A stretch of DNA of 64,000 nucleotides, taken from IMG/VR virus record IMGVR_UViG_3300033463_000003; one strand, given 5' to 3'. The notes beneath the pieces were generated by a model. It worked only from the letters and a program-made list of their open reading frames with translations. It had not been told where the DNA came from and did no database searches. This DNA comes from a virus. Its lineage: Duplodnaviria; Heunggongvirae; Uroviricota; Caudoviricetes. Each line of letters opens with the position of its first letter. The first letter of the stretch is position 1. The position numbers and the translations under genes are program-made. Shown here one piece after another: positions 41,818 to 52,191 of this stretch.

Positions 41818-43323
41818 ATGTTAAAGAAAGAAAATTCATATTATATTTTAAAAGCTGATGCTGCATGTGGTAGAAGTCACTACCTTCACTATAAAATTGG
41901 TGAAGCTGATAAGCCGGTTAGACCACAAGATTTGTGTAGCAAATATACAAAAACTACCAAAAATCTTACATCAAAAACAATCCAGTTAGATTATCAACCA
42001 TTGCCACATAATAGTAAAAAACGACTTAATGATAAGACAATTCATAAAGCCTTAGATAAAAATATTTTCAAAAAGGTTGACCCAAATTTAATTAAGGGCA
42101 TCTATGGAGAAACAGATGGCTATGATGAATTTTTTGAAGTTTTAGATAAAAGTTTAACTGATGCTGATATTGTAAGATTAGTTGCAGAAACAGTTGATAA
42201 ACTAGCGCAAGATCCAAATAACTTTACAGCAAAGCTAACACAAGTAAATAATATTGTATTAGATTATAAACAACAAAAGCATTTAGTTGATGATAATATT
42301 GTTAGCCAACTTGAAACAAAGTTTAAATTAGATTTAAGTAAAGCTCAAGGAAAAAATATTTTGCTGATTGGGCAGTTTTTACCTGATTGGATTGCTACTT
42401 TTGCTCTTAATAATAATATAGTAATCTGGCATGATGAAAAAGATCAGATAGTTGCTTATGGCTATGAAAAACTAAATAAACAAATTAAATATATAAATGA
42501 TATAGAGGAGCTTCTTGATATGGAAATTAAATTTGATAATATTATTGCCAATCCGCCATATGGTTCAGTAGGTGCTAATATTGCTGATACTATTAGGCAA
42601 GAAGTTGATTATGTTGAATTCATTAATCTTCTTCCAGCAAATGATTATAAAAGAAATACAAATAAAGATTTATTTAATTATCAATCAGATATGGTTGCAA
42701 TTAATAAAGGTTTTGCTGATGCAACTGTTACTACACATTGTGCTTTAATTCATAAAACTAAAGTTAATAACTACACAGAAGCTGAATTTTTAGGTACAAC
42801 TTATCTTTATAGGTCATTAGATAAATACTTTATGTATGTTGCAGATAATCCAGTTCAAGGATACAACTCAGGAACTGCCCCAGAAAATTGGACTCCATAT
42901 AATACTTTTGTTATTGGCCAACGTGTTATTGCCTCGGGTAATTTACCAAAAGGCACAAATAATGATGCATATAAATGGAATATTGAAAAGTCATTAACAA
43001 TAGAAGAGCTAATTAAAGAACATAATGCTAACTGGTATGTTGAACGTAATAAAGTTAGAATTGACTTATGTGGATTAACCAGAACAGAAGAAGAAATTAA
43101 AAATATTAATGCATTAGTTTATAATAATAGAGCTTTCTGGGCGTTAGTATTTACCTCTATTAATACAGATGCTGGCGTATTCCCATTAACAAGAGTTTTC
43201 CCAGAAGTTGATTATACAAAAATTAAAACAGTTCATGATTTATTAGCTGCATGTAATTATACAGAGGCAGAAATTCAAGAAGTAATGAATGATGTTGAAA
43301 ATTTTAAGCATTTAGAGGATTAG
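41818..43323 (+). CDS. Protein with amino-methyltransferase motif IV (NPPY) and N-terminal GIY-YIG/T5orf172-like segment
   Basis: FDNIIANPPYG; YKIGE near N-terminus; no SAM-binding motif I seen. Confidence 0.5.
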   Translation: MLKKENSYYILKADAACGRSHYLHYKIGEADKPVRPQDLCSKYTKTTKNLTSKTIQLDYQPLPHNSKKRLNDKTIHKALDKNIFKKVDPNLIKGIYGETDGYDEFFEVLDKSLTDADIVRLVAETVDKLAQDPNNFTAKLTQVNNIVLDYKQQKHLVDDNIVSQLETKFKLDLSKAQGKNILLIGQFLPDWIATFALNNNIVIWHDEKDQIVAYGYEKLNKQIKYINDIEELLDMEIKFDNIIANPPYGSVGANIADTIRQEVDYVEFINLLPANDYKRNTNKDLFNYQSDMVAINKGFADATVTTHCALIHKTKVNNYTEAEFLGTTYLYRSLDKYFMYVADNPVQGYNSGTAPENWTPYNTFVIGQRVIASGNLPKGTNNDAYKWNIEKSLTIEELIKEHNANWYVERNKVRIDLCGLTRTEEEIKNINALVYNNRAFWALVFTSINTDAGVFPLTRVFPEVDYTKIKTVHDLLAACNYTEAEIQEVMNDVENFKHLED

Positions 43324-43324
43324 T

Positions 43325-43837
43325 ATGAAATTATCAGAAGAAGTAAAAAATAAAATAATTGAAATACTTGATTCTAAAGAGTTTATGTCTGACCTTTATG
43401 AAGGCTTAGATCCGGCTAAACGTGAGGAGCTTGGACAGTTTTATACTCCAGCTGATATTTGTATTACTATGATTGAAAAGTTTCATACAGATAGTCTGGC
43501 CAATAAAAATATTTTAGATCCCACAGTTGGTTCAGGTAATCTTCTTATTGCTTGTTTAATTGCAGGAGCAGATAGCGATAAAATATATGGTAATGAACTT
43601 GATGCCATTGCTGTTAAACTTTGTAGAAAAAGAATTAATAGAGCTTGTGATATTTTGAGCAAACCACATATTCAAGATTGGCAAATTCACAAAGGTAATG
43701 CTTTAGATAGTTTTTGTTTAAAGGAATTTGGTCCAGATTATAGACAAAAATTAGAACAGCATTATTTAGATGAGCAATTTAGTTTATTTCCAATGCTTTC
43801 AAAAGAACAACAAGAGTTTTTAAAAGAGGTAGATTAA
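43325..43837 (+). CDS. N6-adenine DNA methyltransferase SAM-binding half
   Basis: GQFYTP, LDPTVGSGNLL, IYGNELD; no NPPY. Confidence 0.7.
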   Translation: MKLSEEVKNKIIEILDSKEFMSDLYEGLDPAKREELGQFYTPADICITMIEKFHTDSLANKNILDPTVGSGNLLIACLIAGADSDKIYGNELDAIAVKLCRKRINRACDILSKPHIQDWQIHKGNALDSFCLKEFGPDYRQKLEQHYLDEQFSLFPMLSKEQQEFLKEVD

Positions 43838-44095
43838 ATGAAATATATACAAGTAAATAATAATAAATATGTAGTTGAATTTGACTCAGAGCTTGAACGT
43901 AGCCGTTTTGAAAGCTTTGTTACTACAGATAATTCATTAAGGGCTGCTGATGTTATGAAAATGCTTAATATTACACGTCCTACACTCTGTCATTATGTTA
44001 AAAAGGGCCTTATTAAAATTGATAAGAGCTATACTGGAAAACAATATAGATATGAACGCGAATCAGTTATGGCATTAATGGAGGAAAAGAAATAA
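43838..44095 (+). CDS. MerR/excisionase-like HTH protein
   Basis: VM..LNITR.TL..YVKKG.I. Confidence 0.65.
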   Translation: MKYIQVNNNKYVVEFDSELERSRFESFVTTDNSLRAADVMKMLNITRPTLCHYVKKGLIKIDKSYTGKQYRYERESVMALMEEKK

Positions 44096-44096
44096 T

Positions 44097-44918
44097 ATGT
44101 TTGAAAAAGTTTCTAAATTTCATCCTGATAAAGTAGCTGATCGTATTGCAGGTGCTCTTGTTGACTTAGCATATAAAAAGCAAGAAAATCCAAAAATTGC
44201 AGTTGAAGTTTTATTAGGTCATGGTGATTGTCATATTATAAGTGAAACATCTTGTACCTTTTATCCAAATGAAGTAACAGAAATAGTCCACAGGATAGCT
44301 GGTGAAAAAATTAAGGTTGACTATGCTGAGGTTGGGCAAGATATTTATTTAGCTCGAAATCAAGAAAAAGAATTTAGATGTGGTGACAACGGTATTTTTA
44401 GGGGTGTACCAGTATCAAATGAGCAGGTAAGCTTAATTAAATTGGCTGAAGATTTTGATAAAAAATATGCTTCAGATGGTAAATATATTGTAGATAAAGG
44501 TGATGTTATTATTTGTCAATCAAATGCAAAAACATCTGCAATTCAGCGTTTTACAAAAAGATATGGACAATCAATTAGAGTTAAAAAAATTAACCCATTA
44601 GGTGATTGGACAGGCGGAACTGATGTTGACTGTGGTGCCACTAATAGAAAACTTGGTTCAGATATGGGCGATAGTGTAACTGGTGGTGGCTTACATGGTA
44701 AAGATTTATCCAAAGCTGATGTAGCAATTAATATTTATTGCTGGCTACAAGCACAAGAAACAAAAAGAACTATTACAGCATCTTGCGCTATTGGGGATAC
44801 AACTGTTATGATTGATGGCAGATTTATAAAATATAAAGATATAGTAGAAATTGCTAAGAATTATATACAAAAAATTGGTGGTTTTGAAAAGTTTGCTGAA
44901 TATGGCTTACTAAGATAA
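44097..44918 (+). CDS. metK: S-adenosylmethionine synthetase (short form)
   Basis: HPDK.AD.I, GD.GI, NPLG.W.GG...D.G.TNRKL, GGG.HGKD.SK.D. Confidence 0.85.
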   Translation: MFEKVSKFHPDKVADRIAGALVDLAYKKQENPKIAVEVLLGHGDCHIISETSCTFYPNEVTEIVHRIAGEKIKVDYAEVGQDIYLARNQEKEFRCGDNGIFRGVPVSNEQVSLIKLAEDFDKKYASDGKYIVDKGDVIICQSNAKTSAIQRFTKRYGQSIRVKKINPLGDWTGGTDVDCGATNRKLGSDMGDSVTGGGLHGKDLSKADVAINIYCWLQAQETKRTITASCAIGDTTVMIDGRFIKYKDIVEIAKNYIQKIGGFEKFAEYGLLR

Positions 44919-44951
44919 AAAATATTGTATAATAATAAGAAGGAGTTTTTT

Positions 44952-46115
44952 ATGGCATCTGTATTAGAATTAGCAAAGAAAATTAATAAAACTTATAAGG
45001 ATGATAAATTAGCTATTACAGCTGATATTACACCTAAATACACAAGGGTAGCAACTGGAGCTTTCGGTTTTGACTATCCGCTTCAAGGAGGCTTGCCAGA
45101 AGGTAGAATTGTTACTTTTGCAGGTCTATTCCATTCAGGTAAAACAACTGCTGCATGTTTAGCTGTTGCTGCTTACCAAAGAAAATATCCAGATAAAACT
45201 TGTGTCTATATTGATATGGAGCATTCACTTGATCTTCAATTCCAAGCAAGAATGACTGGTATGCAATTAGACAAAATGGTTTATATGTCACCAACTACTT
45301 TAACAGGTGAACAAGTATTAGATACAATTTTAGAATTCCAACAATCAGACGATATTGGTATTATTGTTTTAGACAGTATTCCAGCACTTCTTCCAGCCCA
45401 AGCCTTAGAAAATGATATGACTAAGGACCCAGGTATGAGGGGAACTATTGCTAAACCACTTCATAGATTCTTAATTGCTATGTCTGGTTTAGTTGCTCAA
45501 AAACAAAATATCTTCATTATGGTTAACCAAGTTCGTGTTGCAGGTATGACATTTACTGGTGCTCCAATTTATGCTGAACCAGGTGGTCAAGGTCCTCAAT
45601 ACTATTCTTCAGTTAAAGTTCGTTTTGGTACAAGAACATTCATCAAGGGTGATAAGAATGATGCCTCTGATGGTGAAGGTGCTGACGGATTTAGATTAAA
45701 ATTTGTCATTACTAAAAATAAATGTGGTAATGTTGCTCGTGGTGGTGGCTTTATGTCATTCAGCTATGATAAAGGCTTAATGTGGTTAGAAGATTTAATT
45801 GAAATTGCTTCTAAGTTTGATTTTATTAAGAAAAATGGTTCATATTGCACTTTAATTAATCTTGAAACAGGTGAAGCTTACAATGATGAAGAAGGTAAGC
45901 CATTAAAAGGTTATTTAAAAGATTTAAAGGCCTATATTTATGAACATCCAGCTTTCCAAAATGAATATATTGCTATGTTAAATAAATTCATTTCTGGTGA
46001 TGATACTTCTTATGGTGATATCCTTGATGCTCGTGAAAAAGCTGAAATTAAGGAACAAGAAGAGTCAGTAGAAGCTCATAATTCAGGCGCGGTAATTTCA
46101 GATGGCACTAATTAA
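44952..46115 (+). CDS. recA: RecA/UvsX recombinase
   Basis: GGLPEGR, HSGKTT, D.EH.LD, VLDSI, NQVR, KNK. Confidence 0.92.
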   Translation: MASVLELAKKINKTYKDDKLAITADITPKYTRVATGAFGFDYPLQGGLPEGRIVTFAGLFHSGKTTAACLAVAAYQRKYPDKTCVYIDMEHSLDLQFQARMTGMQLDKMVYMSPTTLTGEQVLDTILEFQQSDDIGIIVLDSIPALLPAQALENDMTKDPGMRGTIAKPLHRFLIAMSGLVAQKQNIFIMVNQVRVAGMTFTGAPIYAEPGGQGPQYYSSVKVRFGTRTFIKGDKNDASDGEGADGFRLKFVITKNKCGNVARGGGFMSFSYDKGLMWLEDLIEIASKFDFIKKNGSYCTLINLETGEAYNDEEGKPLKGYLKDLKAYIYEHPAFQNEYIAMLNKFISGDDTSYGDILDAREKAEIKEQEESVEAHNSGAVISDGTN

Positions 46116-46476
46116 AAATCTTGCAGTAGATAAAGATAAACCTACTCGTCATTACTCAAAAAAACAGGAAGATGCTGTTGCTAAAACACTTGATGGTACC
46201 ACGACTAAAAATTCTGGTGCTACAATGTTTGGTGGCAAAGGTGATGTTTATACTAATGATGGCTTATTCTTGATTGAGTGCAAAACAAAAATGACCCACG
46301 CAGATTCAATCACAATTAGAAAAGATTGGTTTGAAAAGAATAAGCAAGAAATGGTATTTGAAGGTAAAGATCATGAAACTCTTGCTTTCAACTTTGGGCC
46401 AAATGAGCCTATGCACTATATTATAGATGAATATCTATTCTTAGAGCTCCTTGAATATCTAAGAAGTAAAAAATAA
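46102..46476 (+). CDS. Hjc-like PD-(D/E)xK resolvase
   Basis: SGA..G.KGDV, IECKT. Confidence 0.7.
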   Translation: MALIKNLAVDKDKPTRHYSKKQEDAVAKTLDGTTTKNSGATMFGGKGDVYTNDGLFLIECKTKMTHADSITIRKDWFEKNKQEMVFEGKDHETLAFNFGPNEPMHYIIDEYLFLELLEYLRSKK

Positions 46477-46523
46477 TTAAAAAGGGCCAAAATCTACGGC
46501 CCTTTTATTGTATAATATATTGT

Positions 46524-46892
46524 ATGAGATCGAAAATTGTTAAAGAACAACTTGATAACTGTAGCTTTGCGGATTTGTCAGATTACAATCAAGCAACTAT
46601 GACATACCATATTCCAAGATATGTAAAACCAAATTATGTTGTTGGTAAAGGATATCTTGTTAGAATTGATAGTCAGCTAGTTGATAATCCAAATTCTATT
46701 TTAGCTACAAATTGGAATAGCGGAACGTACCCGAAATATCCTTATTATAAAATATATGTTTCAAAGAGTTTAGGTAAAATGATTTATCTTGATGGCCTAG
46801 CATTTGATATGGCTACAAATAGCGATCTATCAACAATGTGGTCAGGCTGGATTAGCGTAGACAATTTAACATTAATTAAGGAATTACAATAG
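46524..46892 (+). CDS. Hypothetical protein
   Basis: ORF track. Confidence 0.55.
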   Translation: MRSKIVKEQLDNCSFADLSDYNQATMTYHIPRYVKPNYVVGKGYLVRIDSQLVDNPNSILATNWNSGTYPKYPYYKIYVSKSLGKMIYLDGLAFDMATNSDLSTMWSGWISVDNLTLIKELQ

Positions 46893-46901
46893 GAGGCAGT
46901 T

Positions 46902-47927
46902 ATGGGACAAAGTTTAGCGGTTAAATATAGACCAACAGTATTTGAAGATGTAGTAGAACAAACAACTACAGTAACAATACTTAAAAGAGTTTTAGAAACA
47001 AAAAACTTTAAAAATTGTTATTTATTTTCAGGAAAAACAGGTTCAGGTAAAACAACTTGTGCCAGACTTTTTGCTAAAGCAATTAACCAAGGTGTAGGCG
47101 ATCCAATTGAGCTTGACTGTGCTTCTAATGGTGGTGTTGATAATGTTAGAGCTATTATTGATTCAGCAAATCAAAGAAGTTTAATGGGTGAATATAAAAT
47201 CTTTATTTTAGATGAATGCCATGCTATTACATCTGCAGGTTGGCAAGCATTCTTAAAAGGTATTGAAGAAACTCCTAAGTATACAATCTTTATTTTCTGC
47301 ACAACAGAGCCAAATAAAGTGCCAGCTACAGTATTAAATAGAATGCAAAGATATAATTTTTCAGCTATTTCAAATTCAGGTATTCGTGATAGATTAATTA
47401 AAGTTTGTCAAGCTGAAGGTTTTATCAATTATAATGAAACATGTGATTTAATTAGTAAGATGGTTCAGGGTAGTATGCGTGATGCTTTAACTTATCTTGA
47501 ACAATGTGCTGATTATTCAACAGATTTATCTTTAAATAATTCTAAAAATGTTTTAGGTAATTTGTCATATGAAACTATGTTTAAGTTAACTTGGGCATTA
47601 AATTCTGGTGAAGAGGGTAAAGTTTTAGCAACTATTGATGACCTTTATAATAGTGGTGCAGACTTAAAGAATTTTGTTAACAGCTATTTAGAATTTGTAT
47701 TAGACTTAATTAAATATATTACATTTAAAGATATTGTTTTAACAAATATTCCAGCTTACTTAGCAACAGAAGAAAATGCGGTCGTTCAATATACAGTTGA
47801 AATTCCAGATGCTTTAAATAGATTTAATGAGTTTGCAAAGAGCTTATTAGATTTAAAAGCAGCAATTAAATATGATTCTTCATATAAGTCAACAATTGAA
47901 GCATCTTTAATTAGATTAATGAGGTAA
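46902..47927 (+). CDS. dnaX: Clamp loader gamma/tau subunit
   Basis: KYRP..F.DV, G.TGSGKTT.AR, DE.H, EE.P, CTTE, G.MRDA. Confidence 0.9.
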   Translation: MGQSLAVKYRPTVFEDVVEQTTTVTILKRVLETKNFKNCYLFSGKTGSGKTTCARLFAKAINQGVGDPIELDCASNGGVDNVRAIIDSANQRSLMGEYKIFILDECHAITSAGWQAFLKGIEETPKYTIFIFCTTEPNKVPATVLNRMQRYNFSAISNSGIRDRLIKVCQAEGFINYNETCDLISKMVQGSMRDALTYLEQCADYSTDLSLNNSKNVLGNLSYETMFKLTWALNSGEEGKVLATIDDLYNSGADLKNFVNSYLEFVLDLIKYITFKDIVLTNIPAYLATEENAVVQYTVEIPDALNRFNEFAKSLLDLKAAIKYDSSYKSTIEASLIRLMR

Positions 47928-47929
47928 TT

Positions 47930-48730
47930 ATGGAGCTTATTGGACAACAACATATATTAGCTGCTTTAGAAAAATACACTCTTAGAACATTACCAAAAAC
48001 ATTATTATTTATTGGTGATGCAGGAAGTGAAAAACATCTGCTTGCTCAAAAGCTTGCAGAACGTTTTGGTTTAGAAGTCGTTGAAATTACAAATAAGGTT
48101 ACAGATGAAGATATTATTAGCTTCCAACAAGATCCTAATACAAAGTTCTATACAATCTTATTAAATAACTTTACAGAAAAACAACAAAACCAATTTTTAA
48201 AGTTTATTGAAGAGCCATCACCAAATGTTTATATTATTTTAATGGCCAGAACAACTGTTGGTATTCTTCCTACGATTTTAAATAGATGCATTAAGTTCTA
48301 TTGCAGCGAATATACACAAGAGCAATTAGAAAAAGTTGCTTCATTTGCTGTTAGAAACCCAAATGATCTTGTATATAAAATTTGTAAAACGCCAGGCCAA
48401 TTAATGGATGTTGACGGTGATATAATTGCAGCCCTTTATAAGCGCTGTGTAGAAATTGTCACCTTAATTTCAAAAGCTAACTATGCTAATGCTATTAAAG
48501 TAGCAACTGAAGTAAATTGTAAAGAAGAGTATGATAAATATGATTATAACCAATTCTTTGCAATGATGGAGTATGTTGCTTTTGAAAATTTCTTAAAAAC
48601 AAAAAGTGATCTAAGTTATAAAATTTATACTTTAACAAATAGCTATCGTCAAAAGATGATAACATTACCACTTGCTAAAGAAGCTTTATTACTAAACTAT
48701 TTAACTAATTTATGGGAGGCTACAAGATAA
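47930..48730 (+). CDS. holB: Clamp loader delta'-like subunit
   Basis: LIGQ, degenerate P-loop, LK.IEEP, LPTI.NRC. Confidence 0.7.
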   Translation: MELIGQQHILAALEKYTLRTLPKTLLFIGDAGSEKHLLAQKLAERFGLEVVEITNKVTDEDIISFQQDPNTKFYTILLNNFTEKQQNQFLKFIEEPSPNVYIILMARTTVGILPTILNRCIKFYCSEYTQEQLEKVASFAVRNPNDLVYKICKTPGQLMDVDGDIIAALYKRCVEIVTLISKANYANAIKVATEVNCKEEYDKYDYNQFFAMMEYVAFENFLKTKSDLSYKIYTLTNSYRQKMITLPLAKEALLLNYLTNLWEATR

Positions 48731-49635
48731 TGACATTTAAAGAATTAAAAGATAACCTCCTAAAAGGCTTCGTTCCAACAGATTTATTGATTTTTGTTTG
48801 TAAGGATAATCATTTTTTAGCTGACCAATACCTTAATGAAATATGTATAAAAGCAGGTAAAGAAGCAAATACAGTTAAGAGTATTTTTGAACCAACTAAT
48901 TCTGCATTAGCTTTAGTTTTTGATTATAGTTCAGCAATAAATGTTGTTAGAACTGAAGTGTTTGAAGAAGTTGCCGAGGATTACTCTATCTTTGAAAATA
49001 CTATTGTTATTTGTGATAAAGTAGATAAGAAAATATTACCTCTTGTTGAAGATTATATTATTGAATTACCAAAACCAACAGAAGGTCACATTAAAGCTTA
49101 TATGCAAGTAATTTGTCCAGAGCTTTTGCCAACAGATATTAATTGGCTATATAAAGCTGCTAATGGTGATATTTATAAAATTAAAAATGAATTAGATAAA
49201 GTTAATTTATTTTATGGTAAAACCAAAAAAGAAATCTTAAATGAATTAAGATTCAATACATCTTCAGACTTATACTCAGCAACTATATTTGATTTACTTG
49301 AATTTGTTGCTATGAATAATCGTGTTGAAATTATGGAGTTTTTTAAGCATAGGGAAGCTTGTGATTTTGACCCGATTGCATTTACTAATTTACTGCTAAA
49401 GAAGTTTAAAGAAATATTATTAATTAAACATAGAAGTAATGTTAATTTAAAGCTTCTTGGTATAACTGATTGGCAAGCTAAAAAAATTCGTGAAAATTAT
49501 CCATATTATCCAGAGGATTATTTATTTAGTGTAATTAAATTCTTATCAGGTATTGATCAGGATTTGAAGTTAGGAAGATTAGATTTGCCTAAAGCACAGT
49601 TGTTAGATTACATCATCTTAAATGTAGTCAGATAG
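48730..49635 (+). CDS. Clamp loader delta-like subunit (putative)
   Basis: G-D-I-x2-I-x-NELDK motif, D.DLK.G C-terminus, follows dnaX and holB. Confidence 0.6.
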   Translation: MTFKELKDNLLKGFVPTDLLIFVCKDNHFLADQYLNEICIKAGKEANTVKSIFEPTNSALALVFDYSSAINVVRTEVFEEVAEDYSIFENTIVICDKVDKKILPLVEDYIIELPKPTEGHIKAYMQVICPELLPTDINWLYKAANGDIYKIKNELDKVNLFYGKTKKEILNELRFNTSSDLYSATIFDLLEFVAMNNRVEIMEFFKHREACDFDPIAFTNLLLKKFKEILLIKHRSNVNLKLLGITDWQAKKIRENYPYYPEDYLFSVIKFLSGIDQDLKLGRLDLPKAQLLDYIILNVVR

Positions 49636-49645
49636 GAATTATTGT

Positions 49646-50560
49646 ATGTCAGAAAATTTTTCATATTCAAAACTAGAAACATATGACCAATGTTCTTTTA
49701 AGTATAAATTAAAATATGTTGATGGGCATTATATTTACAGTGCTAATATTGCAACAGAGTTTGGAACAGCTATTCATGAAGCTGAAGAAACAATAGCAAA
49801 TAGCATTAAGGACGGAAAACCAATTGATTATATTGCTATTAAAAATAAATTAATTATGAAGCTTGCTGAGTTAGAACATAAATATCCAGAAGCTTACCGT
49901 GAAGAGCTAGATAAAGCATTTAAAACATATAAAGATAAAGCATATGACTATTTAGAACACGGCATTTATAGACTTGAAAATTTCTTAAAAGCAAATCCAC
50001 AAATTAAGGTGGTAGGAGCTGAGATTCCAATTAAGTTTGAATACAAAGATAAATATGTTTTTAAAGGTTTTATCGATAGATTACTTCTTGATACAAATAC
50101 TAATAAATATATTCTTCAAGATATTAAAACTTGGGGTGTGCCAAAAGAGCAAAAAGAATTAACAACGCCACTCCAATTTGTTATTTATTCAATGGCATTA
50201 AAAGATTTATACAAATGTACAACTGATGATATTAAATGCCAATATGATTTACCAGTATGTGATTTAGTTCAAGATGCTGGTACAAGTGGTTTTATCGGAC
50301 GTGGTATGAAGAAACTTGATAGCTTATTTGATAAAATTGAAAAGCAAGAATTTGAACCAAAGCCAAGTCCATTATGCCACTGGTGTGAATTCTGTGCAAC
50401 TAACCCAAATCAACCAGAAGATGGGAAGAACTTATGCCCATACCACTCTTTATGGACAAAAGATAGAAAAACATTTGAAAAAGCTTCTGAGTGGAAAGGA
50501 CTTGCTGAACATGGCATTGTCCTGGAGGCTTATATCAATAAAAACAAAAAAACTGTATAA
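49646..50560 (+). CDS. PD-(D/E)xK (RecB/Cas4-like) exonuclease
   Basis: SYS.L..Y.QC, G.AIH, G.IDR, DIKT, Q..IY, C.WC.F. Confidence 0.8.
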   Translation: MSENFSYSKLETYDQCSFKYKLKYVDGHYIYSANIATEFGTAIHEAEETIANSIKDGKPIDYIAIKNKLIMKLAELEHKYPEAYREELDKAFKTYKDKAYDYLEHGIYRLENFLKANPQIKVVGAEIPIKFEYKDKYVFKGFIDRLLLDTNTNKYILQDIKTWGVPKEQKELTTPLQFVIYSMALKDLYKCTTDDIKCQYDLPVCDLVQDAGTSGFIGRGMKKLDSLFDKIEKQEFEPKPSPLCHWCEFCATNPNQPEDGKNLCPYHSLWTKDRKTFEKASEWKGLAEHGIVLEAYINKNKKTV

Positions 50561-50590
50561 TATAATATAACTTGAAAGGAAATTTTAATT

Positions 50591-50779
50591 ATGGCTAAAA
50601 AAGAATTTGATATTAAAAAAGTATTTGAAGACACTTTAAAAGGTTTTAATAATGACCTTGTTGCAACTAATGCAAGAATTGGCCTTATTACAGAACTTGT
50701 TAACTTTTTTGAAACAAATAAATTAGTTGTTTATCAAGAAGTAGAAGAAGAATCAAAAGCTAAAAAGGAAGAAAAATAG
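50591..50779 (+). CDS. Hypothetical protein
   Basis: RBS AAAGGA. Confidence 0.5.
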   Translation: MAKKEFDIKKVFEDTLKGFNNDLVATNARIGLITELVNFFETNKLVVYQEVEEESKAKKEEK

Positions 50780-50783
50780 TTTA

Positions 50784-51380
50784 ATGTCAACTCCACAAGA
50801 AGAAATTACTGCAATTCGTGAAGCATTACAGCCTATTTCAAAAACACCAGAAGAAAATAAGACACTTTGTGAAAAATATCCATTTTTAAAGTGGTATGGT
50901 GATCCTCTTTATGTTGGCTATGACGAAGAACATGAGCTTGATTATAAATATACCTGGGAAGATGAAATACCTGATGGCTGGCGAAAAGCTTTTTGTCCAC
51001 AAATATGGGATGAGCTTAAAGCTATTTTAGAGCAAGGTGATTATCTTGATAAATTTAGATTTTCCCAAATTAAAGAAAAATTTGGAACTATTAGACTTTA
51101 TCATTGTGGCGTCCCAGAAGAAATATTTAATGAAATTATTAAGTGGGAATCTAAATGGGAAAAAGAGTCTGCAAAAACTTGTATTGACTGCGGTGCTCCT
51201 GCAACTCATATGTCAACTGGCTGGATAAACTTTATCTGTAGGGATTGTGCTAGAACTCGTGCTGCTGAACAAGAAAAGCATTATGGCGGGCATGATCATT
51301 TCGTTAAAATAGAAAATATTGACGAATTTTATAATGACCGTGAGGCTTATTGGAAAAAGCATAAAGATGAGGAAATCTAA
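50784..51380 (+). CDS. Conserved phage protein
   Basis: GW...QIKEKFG.IR.Y ... C..CG...GWI...C motif common in large phages. Confidence 0.65.
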   Translation: MSTPQEEITAIREALQPISKTPEENKTLCEKYPFLKWYGDPLYVGYDEEHELDYKYTWEDEIPDGWRKAFCPQIWDELKAILEQGDYLDKFRFSQIKEKFGTIRLYHCGVPEEIFNEIIKWESKWEKESAKTCIDCGAPATHMSTGWINFICRDCARTRAAEQEKHYGGHDHFVKIENIDEFYNDREAYWKKHKDEEI

Positions 51381-51977
51381 ATGATTAAGTTAAGTGCTTG
51401 GGATAGATTATATTGTAATACTATGGACTGAGCTTTAAGAAGAATGGCGCCCAATGATTTAGAATTTTATCATGATACTATTCAAGATTGGACTGATGCT
51501 TTATTAGCTTTTCAAAAAGTTAAAGAAGAATTGTTTAAAACTTATAGCATTACCTATAAGTCTGGCAATAAGTTTAAAAGAAGCTGTATTAAAGGTTTGG
51601 AATTAACTGCAGACCAATTATTTGAATTATTTCATAAACATTTAGAGCAATATACAAATAAAACTGTTAGATATTTTATCTTTCATTGGTGGAATGATCT
51701 AAGATATTATATTGAAGGTGCACAACCAACATTAGACTGTCCTTGGGAACTTTATAAAGAAGCTACTAAAGAAGAAATTGAACAAGCAAATAAAAATTTT
51801 ATTGGACATACATTCAATAGTGGTAGAATATTAGAGTATCGTGGTATCAGATTTCCTATTGATGATGAATGGAATGATGCTTGGATTGTTGCTAAAGATG
51901 GCCATGTTAGAAGCTTCCAGTTAGTCTGGGATTGGTGATACCCAATAGATGAATTCCTGGACTTATATAATCTTTAA
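51381..51977 (+). CDS. Hypothetical protein (code 4; TGA at 51429 and 51936)
   Basis: ATG directly follows the upstream stop; read-through joins both ends; ends TAA. Confidence 0.65.
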
Positions 51978-52045
51978 AAAGTAAGCCATAGTGCTTATTT
52001 TTTATTTACTTTTTATTGTATAATATATAGAAGAGGTAAATCAAC

Positions 52046-52189
52046 ATGGCAGAAGAAAAGAAGAAGAAAAAAATAGCAACAAGGCATATTCGCAAAGCAT
52101 TAAGAAAAAATGGCTTTGGTAAAAAGAAAAAAACTAAGAAAGAAATTGAAGAAGAGGCCTTAGCCGTGTGGATTTGGCCAGGAGAGTAA
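52046..52189 (+). CDS. Small basic protein
   Basis: GAGG RBS after TATAAT; 47 aa, Lys-rich. Confidence 0.45.
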   Translation: MAEEKKKKKIATRHIRKALRKNGFGKKKKTKKEIEEEALAVWIWPGE

Positions 52190-52191
52190 TA

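Noticed and set aside
49646-50560. CRISPR-Cas system (Cas4-like nuclease)
   Set aside because: No repeat-spacer array or other cas genes; stand-alone PD-(D/E)xK exonucleases are common in phage replication modules.
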